Shown here piece by piece: positions 8,901 to 16,184 of a stretch of 24,000 nt of DNA. The stretch covers positions 127,083 to 151,082 of the forward strand of contig JAZNRP010000024.1 of the NCBI GenBank assembly GCA_045590755.1, read 5' to 3'. Below the pieces are notes generated by a model, which ran no database searches, was not told the origin of the DNA, and saw nothing but the letters and a program-made list of their open reading frames with translations. Positions within the stretch are counted from its first letter, which is position 1. Each line of letters opens with the position of its first letter. The position numbers and the translations under genes are program-made. This stretch comes from Acutalibacteraceae bacterium (GTDB lineage: Bacteria; Bacillota; Clostridia; Oscillospirales; Acutalibacteraceae).

Positions 8901-9695
8901 ATGTCAGTACATCGTAGCGACCGTAAGATAGCCTTTATGGAGTTTGTAAGGCAGATGTCGAGATTACACCGCCATACTCACGAACGGTTGAGGTCGCTCC
9001 CGGCAAGGTACAAACGGTACATCGTACCGAAAATCAGTCGTCCACTCAACACGGCATACAGTTCGGTCATCCTCGCAAATGAACAGAACGCAAGAACGGC
9101 TCTCGGTGCTCGGCAACGGGCGATGCTTTTCGATAGGGCTATAAAATGCCTGAAAGAAATGCAAGAGCCGTTGTTTGCTGTATGGAATTTGCTCGATGTT
9201 ACCGAGTCGGGCTGTGATTATTGGATTGAAATGATTAACTATGAATTCGCCTTGCTTTATGGCGTTGCGAAATTGGAAGGAAAACCGCCGATGTTTTTTA
9301 CGATACCTCGGAGAAAGATTGAAAAACTGAACTTCTTGAAAAAGATGTGTGAACTGCATAAGTACACCTATCAGAAACTCGGTCACGCTCCTGAATATAC
9401 CCGTGAGGGCATCGGCGAACCTATCTCGAAGTTCATCAACAACGCTCTGTTTAATGTGTTCGATGCGAATAATATCGTGCCGACCACTCAGGCAGAGGCG
9501 GATAAAAGGGCGAAACGGTTTCAAGCGGCGGTTGACTCGCTCAACGCCTTGCAGACTCCGCTCCTTGCTCTTTGGAACATTATGGATTACAGCGAAAACA
9601 TAATGGATGAATGGTCGGGTCTTCTTGATGAAGAGCTTCGGCTCCTCGAAGGCTTGAAGAAAGCCGACAGGGAGCGATACAAAAATCTTCGGTGA
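8901..9695 (+). CDS. avd: Avd-like accessory variability determinant (four-helix-bundle type), tandemly duplicated (264 aa)
   Basis: It sits between VR and TR, exactly where avd sits in canonical DGRs. The protein is basic and predicted to be all-helical. Its two halves align with each other (RKIAFMEFVRQMSRLHRHTHERL vs RKIEKLNFLKKMCELHKYTYQKL; LKEMQEPLFAVWNLLDV vs LNALQTPLLALWNIMDY). RBS ggaaagga lies 9 nt upstream. Confidence 0.7.
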   Translation: MSVHRSDRKIAFMEFVRQMSRLHRHTHERLRSLPARYKRYIVPKISRPLNTAYSSVILANEQNARTALGARQRAMLFDRAIKCLKEMQEPLFAVWNLLDVTESGCDYWIEMINYEFALLYGVAKLEGKPPMFFTIPRRKIEKLNFLKKMCELHKYTYQKLGHAPEYTREGIGEPISKFINNALFNVFDANNIVPTTQAEADKRAKRFQAAVDSLNALQTPLLALWNIMDYSENIMDEWSGLLDEELRLLEGLKKADRERYKNLR

Positions 9696-9725
9696 AAGGA
9701 GAATATGGGCGGTATTCTATCATCT

Positions 9726-9865
9726 TGGCTTGCCTCGAATAACTATTGGCTTCGTGGAGCCTCGGTCACTAACTCGACGAACTTCTGCAATGTGAACAAC
9801 AACGGCAACGTGAACAACAACGGCAACAACGCCAACAACAGCAATGGCGTGTGCCCCCGACTCTC
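9726..9865 (+). repeat. DGR template repeat (TR)
   Basis: This is the intergenic copy of VR. By my count it holds 40 adenines, concentrated in 17 AAC/AAT codons when read in the VR frame. All but one of its differences from VR are at its adenines. Confidence 0.93.
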
Positions 9866-10140
9866 GTAATTAAAGTAACCAAGAATGAGGGTGAAACAAT
9901 CGAATTATGAGAAGGAGAATACAGCCCTCCGGGAGAGACACCCGGTAAATAAATGACCGTTCTGCTTCAAGGACGGTGCACCACGTCCGGTGCCGCAGTT
10001 ATAGACGGGAGGACGCTTCTTGCATAGCGGTAAAATGTCCGCCTTTTGCCGTTTTATTCCCGTGGCTATATACCCGATATAATCTGACGGAAACTCCGAA
10101 AACGGTTGATTGCCGCAATGGAGAACTATAACAAATCGGG
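9866..10140 (+). ncRNA. TR-to-RT spacer, probably part of the DGR template/priming RNA
   Basis: This 275-nt stretch has no credible ORF and lies between TR and the RT start. It contains short GC-rich stem-loops that exclude one another (ggacg/cgtcc 9971-9988; gcacc/ggtgc 9978-9993) and a cggtaaaa/ttttgccg hairpin (10028-10051). The function is assumed by analogy with the Bordetella phage BPP-1 spacer RNA. Confidence 0.35.
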
Positions 10141-11382
10141 ATGTGCGTAGGCGAACTATATCTTATGAGCAATCAAGAAAGAATTCAGGCTCGAATTGCC
10201 CGTGATAAAGCAAGGAAAGCCGCTAAAAGACAGGCTGCCGTCGAGAAACACGGCACCTATGAAAATGTTATAACCCTGCAAAACCTGCACCGTTCTCTGC
10301 GGAAACGCCGAAAGAACGTGGAATGGAAAGGCAGCGTTCAATCGTACCTCGCTCACGCTATCGTAAAGATAAAACGGTCGAAGGACGAACTGCTTCGTGG
10401 AGAAGTCAATATCAACAGAGCGATAAAGCGAATGACTATCTATGAGAGAGGCAAACGCCGAGATATTCACGCCATTATGATTGACAGCCGTGTCATTCAA
10501 GGTGTGCTTTGTGATGCTTCAATCACTCCGCTTACTCAGCCCTCGCTGATATACGATAACCCTGCGAGCACCAAGCATAAGGGCATATCTCACGCCCGAA
10601 ACCGCATATTGAAGATGCTCCGTGAGCAGATAAAGCGAAGCGGACCGAATTCGTATGCTTTACTTACCGACTATACCGGATTTTTTGACAGTATTCCCCA
10701 CGCAGTTTGCAAGGAGAAGTTGAAAAAGGCAGGTATGGACGATAGACTGTGCGACCTAACGATGTCGTATATCAAGATGTATCAGGCTCAGGACTATTCG
10801 TTTATCGAAGACCCCGTAGAGCGTGAGCAAATGTATATCAAACTCGCCAACGATGAGGACTCGGGAGCCACCCTCGGAAGTCAGATTTCGCAGGATATGG
10901 CTTTGGTTGTCCCGAACGATGTGGACCACGCTGTCAAAGATAGGTGCGGTATGAAAGGCTACATTCGGTATATGGATGATAGTTATACCGGGCACGGCGA
11001 CAAGCAGGTTCTTCAGGCGGTTTATGATGTCATCAAACAGGAGAGCAACGCCATCGGCTTGAAACTGAACGAAAAGAAGACCCATATCGTGAAGTTTACG
11101 AGAGGCTTTATGTTCCTGAAGGTGCATTACATCGTTACCGACACAGGCAAAATCATCAAGAAAATGGCAAAGGCAGGAATTGTCCGTATGAGGCGTAAGC
11201 TGAAGAAGTTTGTTCGTCTCGTACAGCAAGGTAAGATGCGGATGGACGATGTTTTCAACTCGTTCAACTCTTGGAGGGGCAACGCCAAGAAGTATTCGCA
11301 ATCGTACAGAGCAAGAAAGGCTATGCTTGTTCTGTATAACAAGTTGTTCAAACGATACAGAACGGGAGGTATAGCAGCGTGA
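10141..11382 (+). CDS. DGR-type reverse transcriptase
   Basis: RT motifs are present: LLTDYTGFFDSIPH (motif A), LGSQISQ (the DGR-typical SQ motif B), YMDD (motif C) and GFMFLK (motif E). The N-terminal NLHRSLRKRRKNVEWKGSVQSY and IYERGKRRDIHAIMIDSRVIQGVL resemble DGR RT finger motifs. The start is uncertain: ATG 10141 or in-frame ATG 10165, and neither has a clear SD. Confidence 0.9.
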   Translation: MCVGELYLMSNQERIQARIARDKARKAAKRQAAVEKHGTYENVITLQNLHRSLRKRRKNVEWKGSVQSYLAHAIVKIKRSKDELLRGEVNINRAIKRMTIYERGKRRDIHAIMIDSRVIQGVLCDASITPLTQPSLIYDNPASTKHKGISHARNRILKMLREQIKRSGPNSYALLTDYTGFFDSIPHAVCKEKLKKAGMDDRLCDLTMSYIKMYQAQDYSFIEDPVEREQMYIKLANDEDSGATLGSQISQDMALVVPNDVDHAVKDRCGMKGYIRYMDDSYTGHGDKQVLQAVYDVIKQESNAIGLKLNEKKTHIVKFTRGFMFLKVHYIVTDTGKIIKKMAKAGIVRMRRKLKKFVRLVQQGKMRMDDVFNSFNSWRGNAKKYSQSYRARKAMLVLYNKLFKRYRTGGIAA

Positions 11383-11867
11383 ATTACTATAAGATTATCG
11401 AAAACGGTACGGTTATTGATGCGAACTGCATTTTCCTGAAATGGCAGAAGAAGAACAATATCCTTATCGGTTGCGATGCTTCGGAGGCGAACTTCATTCA
11501 GTCGTCCGACCAACAGAAAGTTTGGAAGGTCGATTGGCTCATTCCCGCCGATGCAAAAGCAGGTGAATACCCGTCTATCGAGGCGGTCGAAATCACCAAG
11601 GAAGAATATGACGAACTCAGGGCTCAGCTCGATGCAGGACTTAACCCCGAAGTCCCCGAAGAAGAGCCCGAAATCCCCTCGGATACTGATGAGCCGGGAG
11701 ATGAAGTTCCATCCGAGCCTGTGATGAGTGTCGAAGAAATGAGACGCAAAATCACGATGTTGGAGACTGCTCTTGAAGAGCAGAAAATCATCAACGGTGA
11801 GCAGATGGAGAGGAATGATTTCCTCGAAGGCTGTTTGCTTGAAATGTCGGAAATCGTCTATGGTTAG
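11379..11867 (+). CDS. Hypothetical protein (acidic, coiled-coil C-terminus; possibly an XkdW-like tail-fibre-associated protein)
   Basis: Its GTG start overlaps the RT stop (GTGA), with gggagg 10 nt upstream. It is 162 aa with an acidic Pro/Glu-rich linker and the C-terminal sequence LEGCLLEMSEIVYG. Confidence 0.6.
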   Translation: MNYYKIIENGTVIDANCIFLKWQKKNNILIGCDASEANFIQSSDQQKVWKVDWLIPADAKAGEYPSIEAVEITKEEYDELRAQLDAGLNPEVPEEEPEIPSDTDEPGDEVPSEPVMSVEEMRRKITMLETALEEQKIINGEQMERNDFLEGCLLEMSEIVYG

Positions 11868-11910
11868 GCGTTTAATATTCCGAATTCTTTTTGGAAAGGA
11901 GGGTGCTGTA

Positions 11911-12042
11911 ATGATGGCTATGCTTTGGGCACAGAAGATTATTCTCGGCAAGAAGACTTTCGCTGAAGTTCCTCGTCTCTTAAAGGACCAAGTGAGAGAA
12001 ATTCTTCAGGAGAGCGGTCTTGAAAATCTTGGAGAAGAGTAA
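11911..12042 (+). CDS. Small XkdX-like phage protein (43 aa)
   Basis: ATG 11911 is preceded by ggaaaggaggg. The listed ORF 11773 has no RBS and overlaps the previous gene. The sequence MMAMLWAQKIILGKKTFAEVPRLLKDQVREILQESG resembles the XkdX family found between tail-fibre and lysis genes. Confidence 0.55.
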   Translation: MMAMLWAQKIILGKKTFAEVPRLLKDQVREILQESGLENLGEE

Positions 12043-12066
12043 ATCAACGGAAGGAGTACAAGGGGT

Positions 12067-12288
12067 GTGAATAATCTCGAACTCATTGACCGCCTCTGTA
12101 CGGTCGCAGAAACGCAGGCTCGTATCATCAGAGAGCAGGCACTATTCATCGAAGAACAGATGACTGTTGACGATGAAATCAAGAAGAAATTTGCAGAACA
12201 GCGTGAAACTGTTGACTCGGAGCTCGACTCGTTAGGGGTCGGGCTCCGTCCTTTTCGCAATGGTGCTTCTGCGGAAAGGAGAGTCTAA
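12067..12288 (+). CDS. Hypothetical helical protein (73 aa)
   Basis: A GTG start with ggaaggag 10 nt upstream. The stop abuts the next gene's ATG. Confidence 0.5.
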   Translation: MNNLELIDRLCTVAETQARIIREQALFIEEQMTVDDEIKKKFAEQRETVDSELDSLGVGLRPFRNGASAERRV

Positions 12289-12699
12289 ATGGACGAATTT
12301 CTCAAAATCGCCCTTGTGGGAGTGTTTTCAGGCGGCATTGGTGTCGCAATCATCGAAGTCGTCAAGGAAAGCATTGCTTTTAGACGTAAGCGTAAAGCCG
12401 AAAAAGAAGACAAGGCTGAAGCGAAAATCGAGCGTGCGGAGGCTGAGGAAAAAAAGAGAACAGACGAGCGGTTAGACCGCATCGAAGAGCAGAACAAAGC
12501 GATAGTCGAAGGACTTCGTGTTATGCTGCTCGACCGTGTTCTTTACCTCGGTCAAGGATACATTGACAAGGGCGAGATTACCTACGACGAAAGGCATCGT
12601 TTCCACCAAATGCACGACTGTTATCACGACGGTCTCGGTGGCAATGGCGATGCCGACCTCATTGTTGAAGCGGTAGATGAACTGCCGCCCAAAAGATAA
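12289..12699 (+). CDS. Membrane-anchored coiled-coil protein of the lysis module (possible holin-associated protein)
   Basis: RBS aaaggagag. It has an N-terminal TM helix (IALVGVFSGGIGVAIIEVV), then a Lys/Glu coiled coil and a conserved-looking C-terminal domain (YDERHRFHQMHDCYHDGLGGNG). Confidence 0.55.
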   Translation: MDEFLKIALVGVFSGGIGVAIIEVVKESIAFRRKRKAEKEDKAEAKIERAEAEEKKRTDERLDRIEEQNKAIVEGLRVMLLDRVLYLGQGYIDKGEITYDERHRFHQMHDCYHDGLGGNGDADLIVEAVDELPPKR

Positions 12700-12712
12700 G
12701 GAGGGACCTTGT

Positions 12713-13039
12713 ATGGAACCGCAGAATATAAAACACGCCAAACCCAAAAAGAAGAACATCTTCGAGAGGATTGGCGTAATGAACCTCGCACTCTTATTTG
12801 TCGCTGTATCGGTCATCGTATTCACCGCAATAATGATTGACCTTTTCAAGACCTATGGTGCTATCCCTGATACCCTATGCCTCAGCGTGTTCGGTGTATT
12901 GGGAGGCGAATGTGGTCTTTTGGCGTGGATAAAGAATGTGAAAGAGAAGCACAGAGACCGCAAGGTCGAATTGGAAGACCGTGAATATTACGAAGAAAAA
13001 GAGAAAGCCGAGATGAGCGGCGGCTTTCCCGAAAACTGA
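12713..13039 (+). CDS. Putative holin (two TM helices)
   Basis: ATG 12713 has aaggaggg 7 nt upstream. Two hydrophobic helices (LALLFVAVSVIVFTAIMIDL; LCLSVFGVLGGECGLLAWI) are followed by a charged C-terminal tail. It lies immediately upstream of the endolysin. Confidence 0.6.
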   Translation: MEPQNIKHAKPKKKNIFERIGVMNLALLFVAVSVIVFTAIMIDLFKTYGAIPDTLCLSVFGVLGGECGLLAWIKNVKEKHRDRKVELEDREYYEEKEKAEMSGGFPEN

Positions 13040-13064
13040 TGCTCAACGAAGGAGGTAAACGGCT

Positions 13065-14912
13065 ATGACTAATTTGGAATTAGCCAACAAACTGATTGAC
13101 ATTGCCAAAAATGTTAAGACCCTTTATGTTATGGGAGGTATCGGCTATCCGCTTAATGCTAAGGGAAAGCAGAGAGCGTATAAGAACTCTTGGAATACCG
13201 ACCCGGACAGAGTGAAATTCATCGAAGCAGCATCGGACGACACTTTCGCTTTCGACTGTGTCTGCCTCATCAAGAGCGTGCTTTGGGGGTTCGTTGCAGA
13301 CCCCTCAAAGACCTATGGTGGTGCTGTGTATAAGGCAAACGGTGTCCCGGACATCGGTGCTGACACGATGATTACCAAATGCTCCGACATCTCTACCGAT
13401 TTCAGCAAGATTGAAATTGGTGAAGCTGTTTGGATGAAAGGTCATATCGGCGTATATGTAGGAAATGGTCTCGCCGTCGAGTGTACGCCTATTTGGGGGA
13501 ATGATGTGCAACTGACCGCCTGCAACTGCTCAAAGAGTGGTTACAACCGCCGTAATTGGACGAAGCACGGCAAGTTACCCTACATTACCTACGAAAATCA
13601 GGCAGTAGCAGAACCTACGCCTGACAAAAATACCCCTACCCTCAAAGAGATGTCCGCTGCGGATGCCGAAAAGGCGTTCTACAAGTATTTGACCGAAACT
13701 TTGGGGCTGAATTGTGCCGCCGCTTGTGGCGTTCTCGCCAACATCGCCGCCGAGTCAGCGTTCAGGTCCACCAACTTGCAGAACACCTACGAGAAGAAGC
13801 TCGGCTACACCGACACCGAATACACCCTTGCCGTAGATAACGGTTCTTACGATAATTTCGTAAAGGATGCCGCAGGCTATGGCTTCGCACAATGGACCTA
13901 TTGGAGCCGCAAGCAGAAGTTGCTTGAATTTGCCAAGAGCAAAGGCAAGTCTATCGGCGATGCCGAGATGCAGATGCAGTTCTTCGGTCAGGAAATCAAG
14001 GGCTATTCGGGCGTTTGGAAGACCTTGCAGAGCGTTCCTAACACCGCAGAGGGTGCCTACGAAGCAGGTCATAAGGTCTGCTACGATTATGAGGCTCCCG
14101 CCGCTAAGCAGACATCCGCTGTTACTCGTGGCAATAGTGCTAAGACCTACTTTGCGAAGTACGGCGGTTCTGCCGCTTCTTCCGGCAATGCAGGTTCTAC
14201 CGAAAAGCCTGTCGAGAGCGTTGATTATGCTATCGGCGACAAGGTGTATGTCAACGGTAAGATTTACGCCTACGGCAACGGCAAGGGCAACTCCTTGACA
14301 AAGAATAACGCAACGATGTATGTTTGCGATATTGTCGATAAGAAGACCTATCCTCACTACATCGGCGTTTCTGCCATCAAGGGCGGCACAAGACAGGGTT
14401 GGGCTAAGCCTGATATTCTGTCTAAGAGCAGTTCTGTTGCTCCCGCTAAGCCGACTACGACCACGAAGCCCACTACGACCGCAAAACCCGCCGAGACTGC
14501 TCCTGCTACGGGCTATGTCAACTACACGGTTGTCGGTGGTGATAACCTCACCAAAATTGCGGCTAAATTCAAGACCACCATCGCAAAGATTGTGGCGGCG
14601 AACAATATCAAGGATGCCAACAAGATTTGGGCGGGACAGGTGCTCAAAATCCCCTCTGCCTCTGCATCCGCATCGTCCAACGCAACGCCGACTGTCAATA
14701 AGACCTTTGCAAAAGGCGACGCAGTTATCGTTAATGGTACGATTACCGGATACGGCAACGGAGGTGGCGGTAGCATTGTAAAGAAAGGTGTAAGGATGTT
14801 CGTTTGCGACATCGTGGACTCCTCGACCTACAAGAACTACATCGGCGTTTCCGCTTATAAAGGCGGAGCCCGTCAGGGTTGGGCGAACCCGTCCATCTTG
14901 AAGAAAGCGTAA
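13065..14912 (+). CDS. Multidomain endolysin: NlpC/P60-like cysteine peptidase + phage-lysozyme2-type glycosidase + repeat / LysM / repeat cell-wall-binding region
   Basis: RBS gaaggagg. The peptidase motifs are the Cys motif FAFDCVCLIKS and the His motif KGHIGVYVGNG. The second domain (GVLANIAAESAF, GYGFAQWTYWSRKQKLLEFAK) is typical of phage tail lysozyme-type domains. A LysM lies at about 14515-14655 (YTVVGGDNLTKIAAKF, GQVLKIP). It is flanked by two copies of a roughly 70-aa repeat (14218-14427 and 14698-14909). Confidence 0.85.
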   Translation: MTNLELANKLIDIAKNVKTLYVMGGIGYPLNAKGKQRAYKNSWNTDPDRVKFIEAASDDTFAFDCVCLIKSVLWGFVADPSKTYGGAVYKANGVPDIGADTMITKCSDISTDFSKIEIGEAVWMKGHIGVYVGNGLAVECTPIWGNDVQLTACNCSKSGYNRRNWTKHGKLPYITYENQAVAEPTPDKNTPTLKEMSAADAEKAFYKYLTETLGLNCAAACGVLANIAAESAFRSTNLQNTYEKKLGYTDTEYTLAVDNGSYDNFVKDAAGYGFAQWTYWSRKQKLLEFAKSKGKSIGDAEMQMQFFGQEIKGYSGVWKTLQSVPNTAEGAYEAGHKVCYDYEAPAAKQTSAVTRGNSAKTYFAKYGGSAASSGNAGSTEKPVESVDYAIGDKVYVNGKIYAYGNGKGNSLTKNNATMYVCDIVDKKTYPHYIGVSAIKGGTRQGWAKPDILSKSSSVAPAKPTTTTKPTTTAKPAETAPATGYVNYTVVGGDNLTKIAAKFKTTIAKIVAANNIKDANKIWAGQVLKIPSASASASSNATPTVNKTFAKGDAVIVNGTITGYGNGGGGSIVKKGVRMFVCDIVDSSTYKNYIGVSAYKGGARQGWANPSILKKA

Positions 14913-14922
14913 GGTGAGTAGT

Positions 14923-15378
14923 ATGAGAAAGATTTCCGCATTATTGCTCGCCCTTGTTATGCTCTTGACAGGGTGTTCCGCTCCCGGTCCTGCTGTAAGT
15001 AACGCAGAGACATCTGCTCCCGTTTCGTCCGAGGAACATACGGAAGAGACCATTTACAGCGAGTGTGCCGTCATCGACATTGCAGTTGGCGAAGACGGTT
15101 ACTACTGCCTGATGGGACAGATTTCGGTTGACCTGTTTGATGGTGAGCCTCTTGCGGTAGTTATTGATGACCCCGCTTTGCTCGCTTTTCAGGTGTCCTC
15201 GGAAATGGACGGCGGCGTATATGTTTTTAAGTTGAGCGAGGGCGATGCCGTTATCGAGTGCCTTACAGCAGTTATGGAAGAGCTGACCGCTACCGGACAG
15301 ACAGAACTTGCGGCAGAAATCCAAGAAGTGCTCGATATATTCTCTTGCTCAGGTCCGTTTATTCAGGCAAGCACTTGA
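14923..15378 (+). CDS. Acidic lipoprotein (possible superinfection-exclusion or lysis accessory protein)
   Basis: The signal peptide and lipobox are MRKISALLLALVMLLTGC. I prefer ATG 14923 over the listed GTG 14914. The mature part is acidic. Confidence 0.65.
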   Translation: MRKISALLLALVMLLTGCSAPGPAVSNAETSAPVSSEEHTEETIYSECAVIDIAVGEDGYYCLMGQISVDLFDGEPLAVVIDDPALLAFQVSSEMDGGVYVFKLSEGDAVIECLTAVMEELTATGQTELAAEIQEVLDIFSCSGPFIQAST

Positions 15379-15392
15379 CAGGAGGGGTAGAA

Positions 15393-15605
15393 ATGTTAGA
15401 GGCGATTGCAAATGTCATCCTACTCATCGCTATACTCGTTATTGTTCCTGTTTGGATTGTATCGCTCGTGAACTATAACCCCAACGAAGACCCTTGCCGA
15501 CCCGAAGATTGCAAAACTTGCCCCTTTCCTCTGTGCGAGGGCAGGGGCATTATGTTGCAAAAACAAATTGAACAGAAAGAGGTAGAAGACAATGACCTTT
15601 ATTGA
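15393..15605 (+). CDS. Small membrane protein with a Cys-rich tail (70 aa)
   Basis: ATG 15393 has caggagggg upstream. One TM helix (VILLIAILVIVPVWIVSLV) is followed by CRPEDCKTCPFPLCEG. Confidence 0.55.
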   Translation: MLEAIANVILLIAILVIVPVWIVSLVNYNPNEDPCRPEDCKTCPFPLCEGRGIMLQKQIEQKEVEDNDLY

Positions 15606-16095
15606 AATTGTTGAAATCGTAATCATCGCTCTTTGCATTATCACCTACGGCTTTATGCTGTACTTCAAGGTGAGAGGCAATGTTGTCGGAGCAGTCAGCG
15701 AACTGATTGCTCTTGCCGAGAAGACAGGTCTTCCCGGCGAACAGAAGATGGCACAGGTAGTCGAAGCCTTGTATGCCAAGGTTCCCGCTTTCTTGAAGAA
15801 AATCCTTAGTAAAGAACGCTTGCAGGACATTGCTCAATGGATTTTCGATTGGATGAGGAAATATGCAGACACCTATGTCGAAATGGCGAAAGATGATACA
15901 ACCGATGCTGAATTAAAAGAGACCGCCGTTGAAGTCGGGACCGAGGCGATTGCCGAGCTCGTTGCACAGTTGATGAACGCAGGGCTTCAGGAGCTTCACG
16001 ACATTGCGGTTGAAAAGAATGTAATCACCGAGGGCTTAAAGACCAAGAAAGATTACGTTCAGGCCATCATCAAAGCCGTTCTTAATAAGGCGTAA
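15592..16095 (+). CDS. Membrane protein, LL-H-holin-like N-terminal region with an HeH/SAP-like C-terminal motif
   Basis: The start overlaps the previous gene. An N-terminal TM helix is followed by AVSELIALAEKTGLPGEQKMAQVVEAL, which resembles LL-H family holins. The C-terminal LQELHDIAVEKNVITEGLKTKKDYVQAIIKAV resembles a helix-extension-helix motif. Confidence 0.45.
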   Translation: MTFIEIVEIVIIALCIITYGFMLYFKVRGNVVGAVSELIALAEKTGLPGEQKMAQVVEALYAKVPAFLKKILSKERLQDIAQWIFDWMRKYADTYVEMAKDDTTDAELKETAVEVGTEAIAELVAQLMNAGLQELHDIAVEKNVITEGLKTKKDYVQAIIKAVLNKA

Positions 16096-16184
16096 GCGGA
16101 CTACGACCTCCGGTCCGTTTTCGTATGCTGTTCAGGAGGTCGCCGCCCCCTCGGCACTTCCATAACTGAATAGCATTATAACGA

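Larger units (their letters stand above)
8676..11382 (+). mobile_element. Complete DGR cassette (VR - avd - TR - spacer - RT)
   Basis: This feature combines the elements above in the canonical BPP-1-like order and orientation. Confidence 0.9.

Noticed and set aside
9705-9869. A small ORF covering the TR (MGGILSSWLASNNYWLRGASVTNSTNFCNVNNNGNVNNNGNNANNSNGVCPRLS, 54 aa), with an RBS-like aaaggaga upstream.
   Set aside because: The open frame is expected because TR is a copy of the VR coding sequence and its AAC codons cannot create stops. An Asn-rich peptide lacking the rest of the lectin-like domain is unlikely to fold. I regard it as template RNA and not a gene, although translation cannot be excluded from sequence alone.
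10027-10041. The 15-nt match between the DGR spacer and 20318-20332, taken on its own as evidence of a functional link between the DGR and the distal genes.
   Set aside because: A single 15-mer match somewhere in 24 kb is not far from chance expectation. I mention it only because it overlaps the significant 19-mer repeat, and I claim no functional link.
10141-11382. The reverse transcriptase considered as a group II intron maturase, a retron RT or an abortive-infection RT.
   Set aside because: There is no flanking intron RNA structure or maturase/endonuclease extension, and no retron-like msr/msd inverted repeats. The adjacent TR/VR pair with adenine-specific mismatches and the avd-position gene fit only a DGR.
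16096-16184. The region just after gene 15592-16095, including the inverted repeat cgacctcc...ggaggtcg (about 16104-16141), considered as a tRNA or small RNA gene.
   Set aside because: I can see no cloverleaf arrangement and no conserved T-loop or D-loop motifs. It is more likely an accessory stem preceding the main terminator at 16185-16229.
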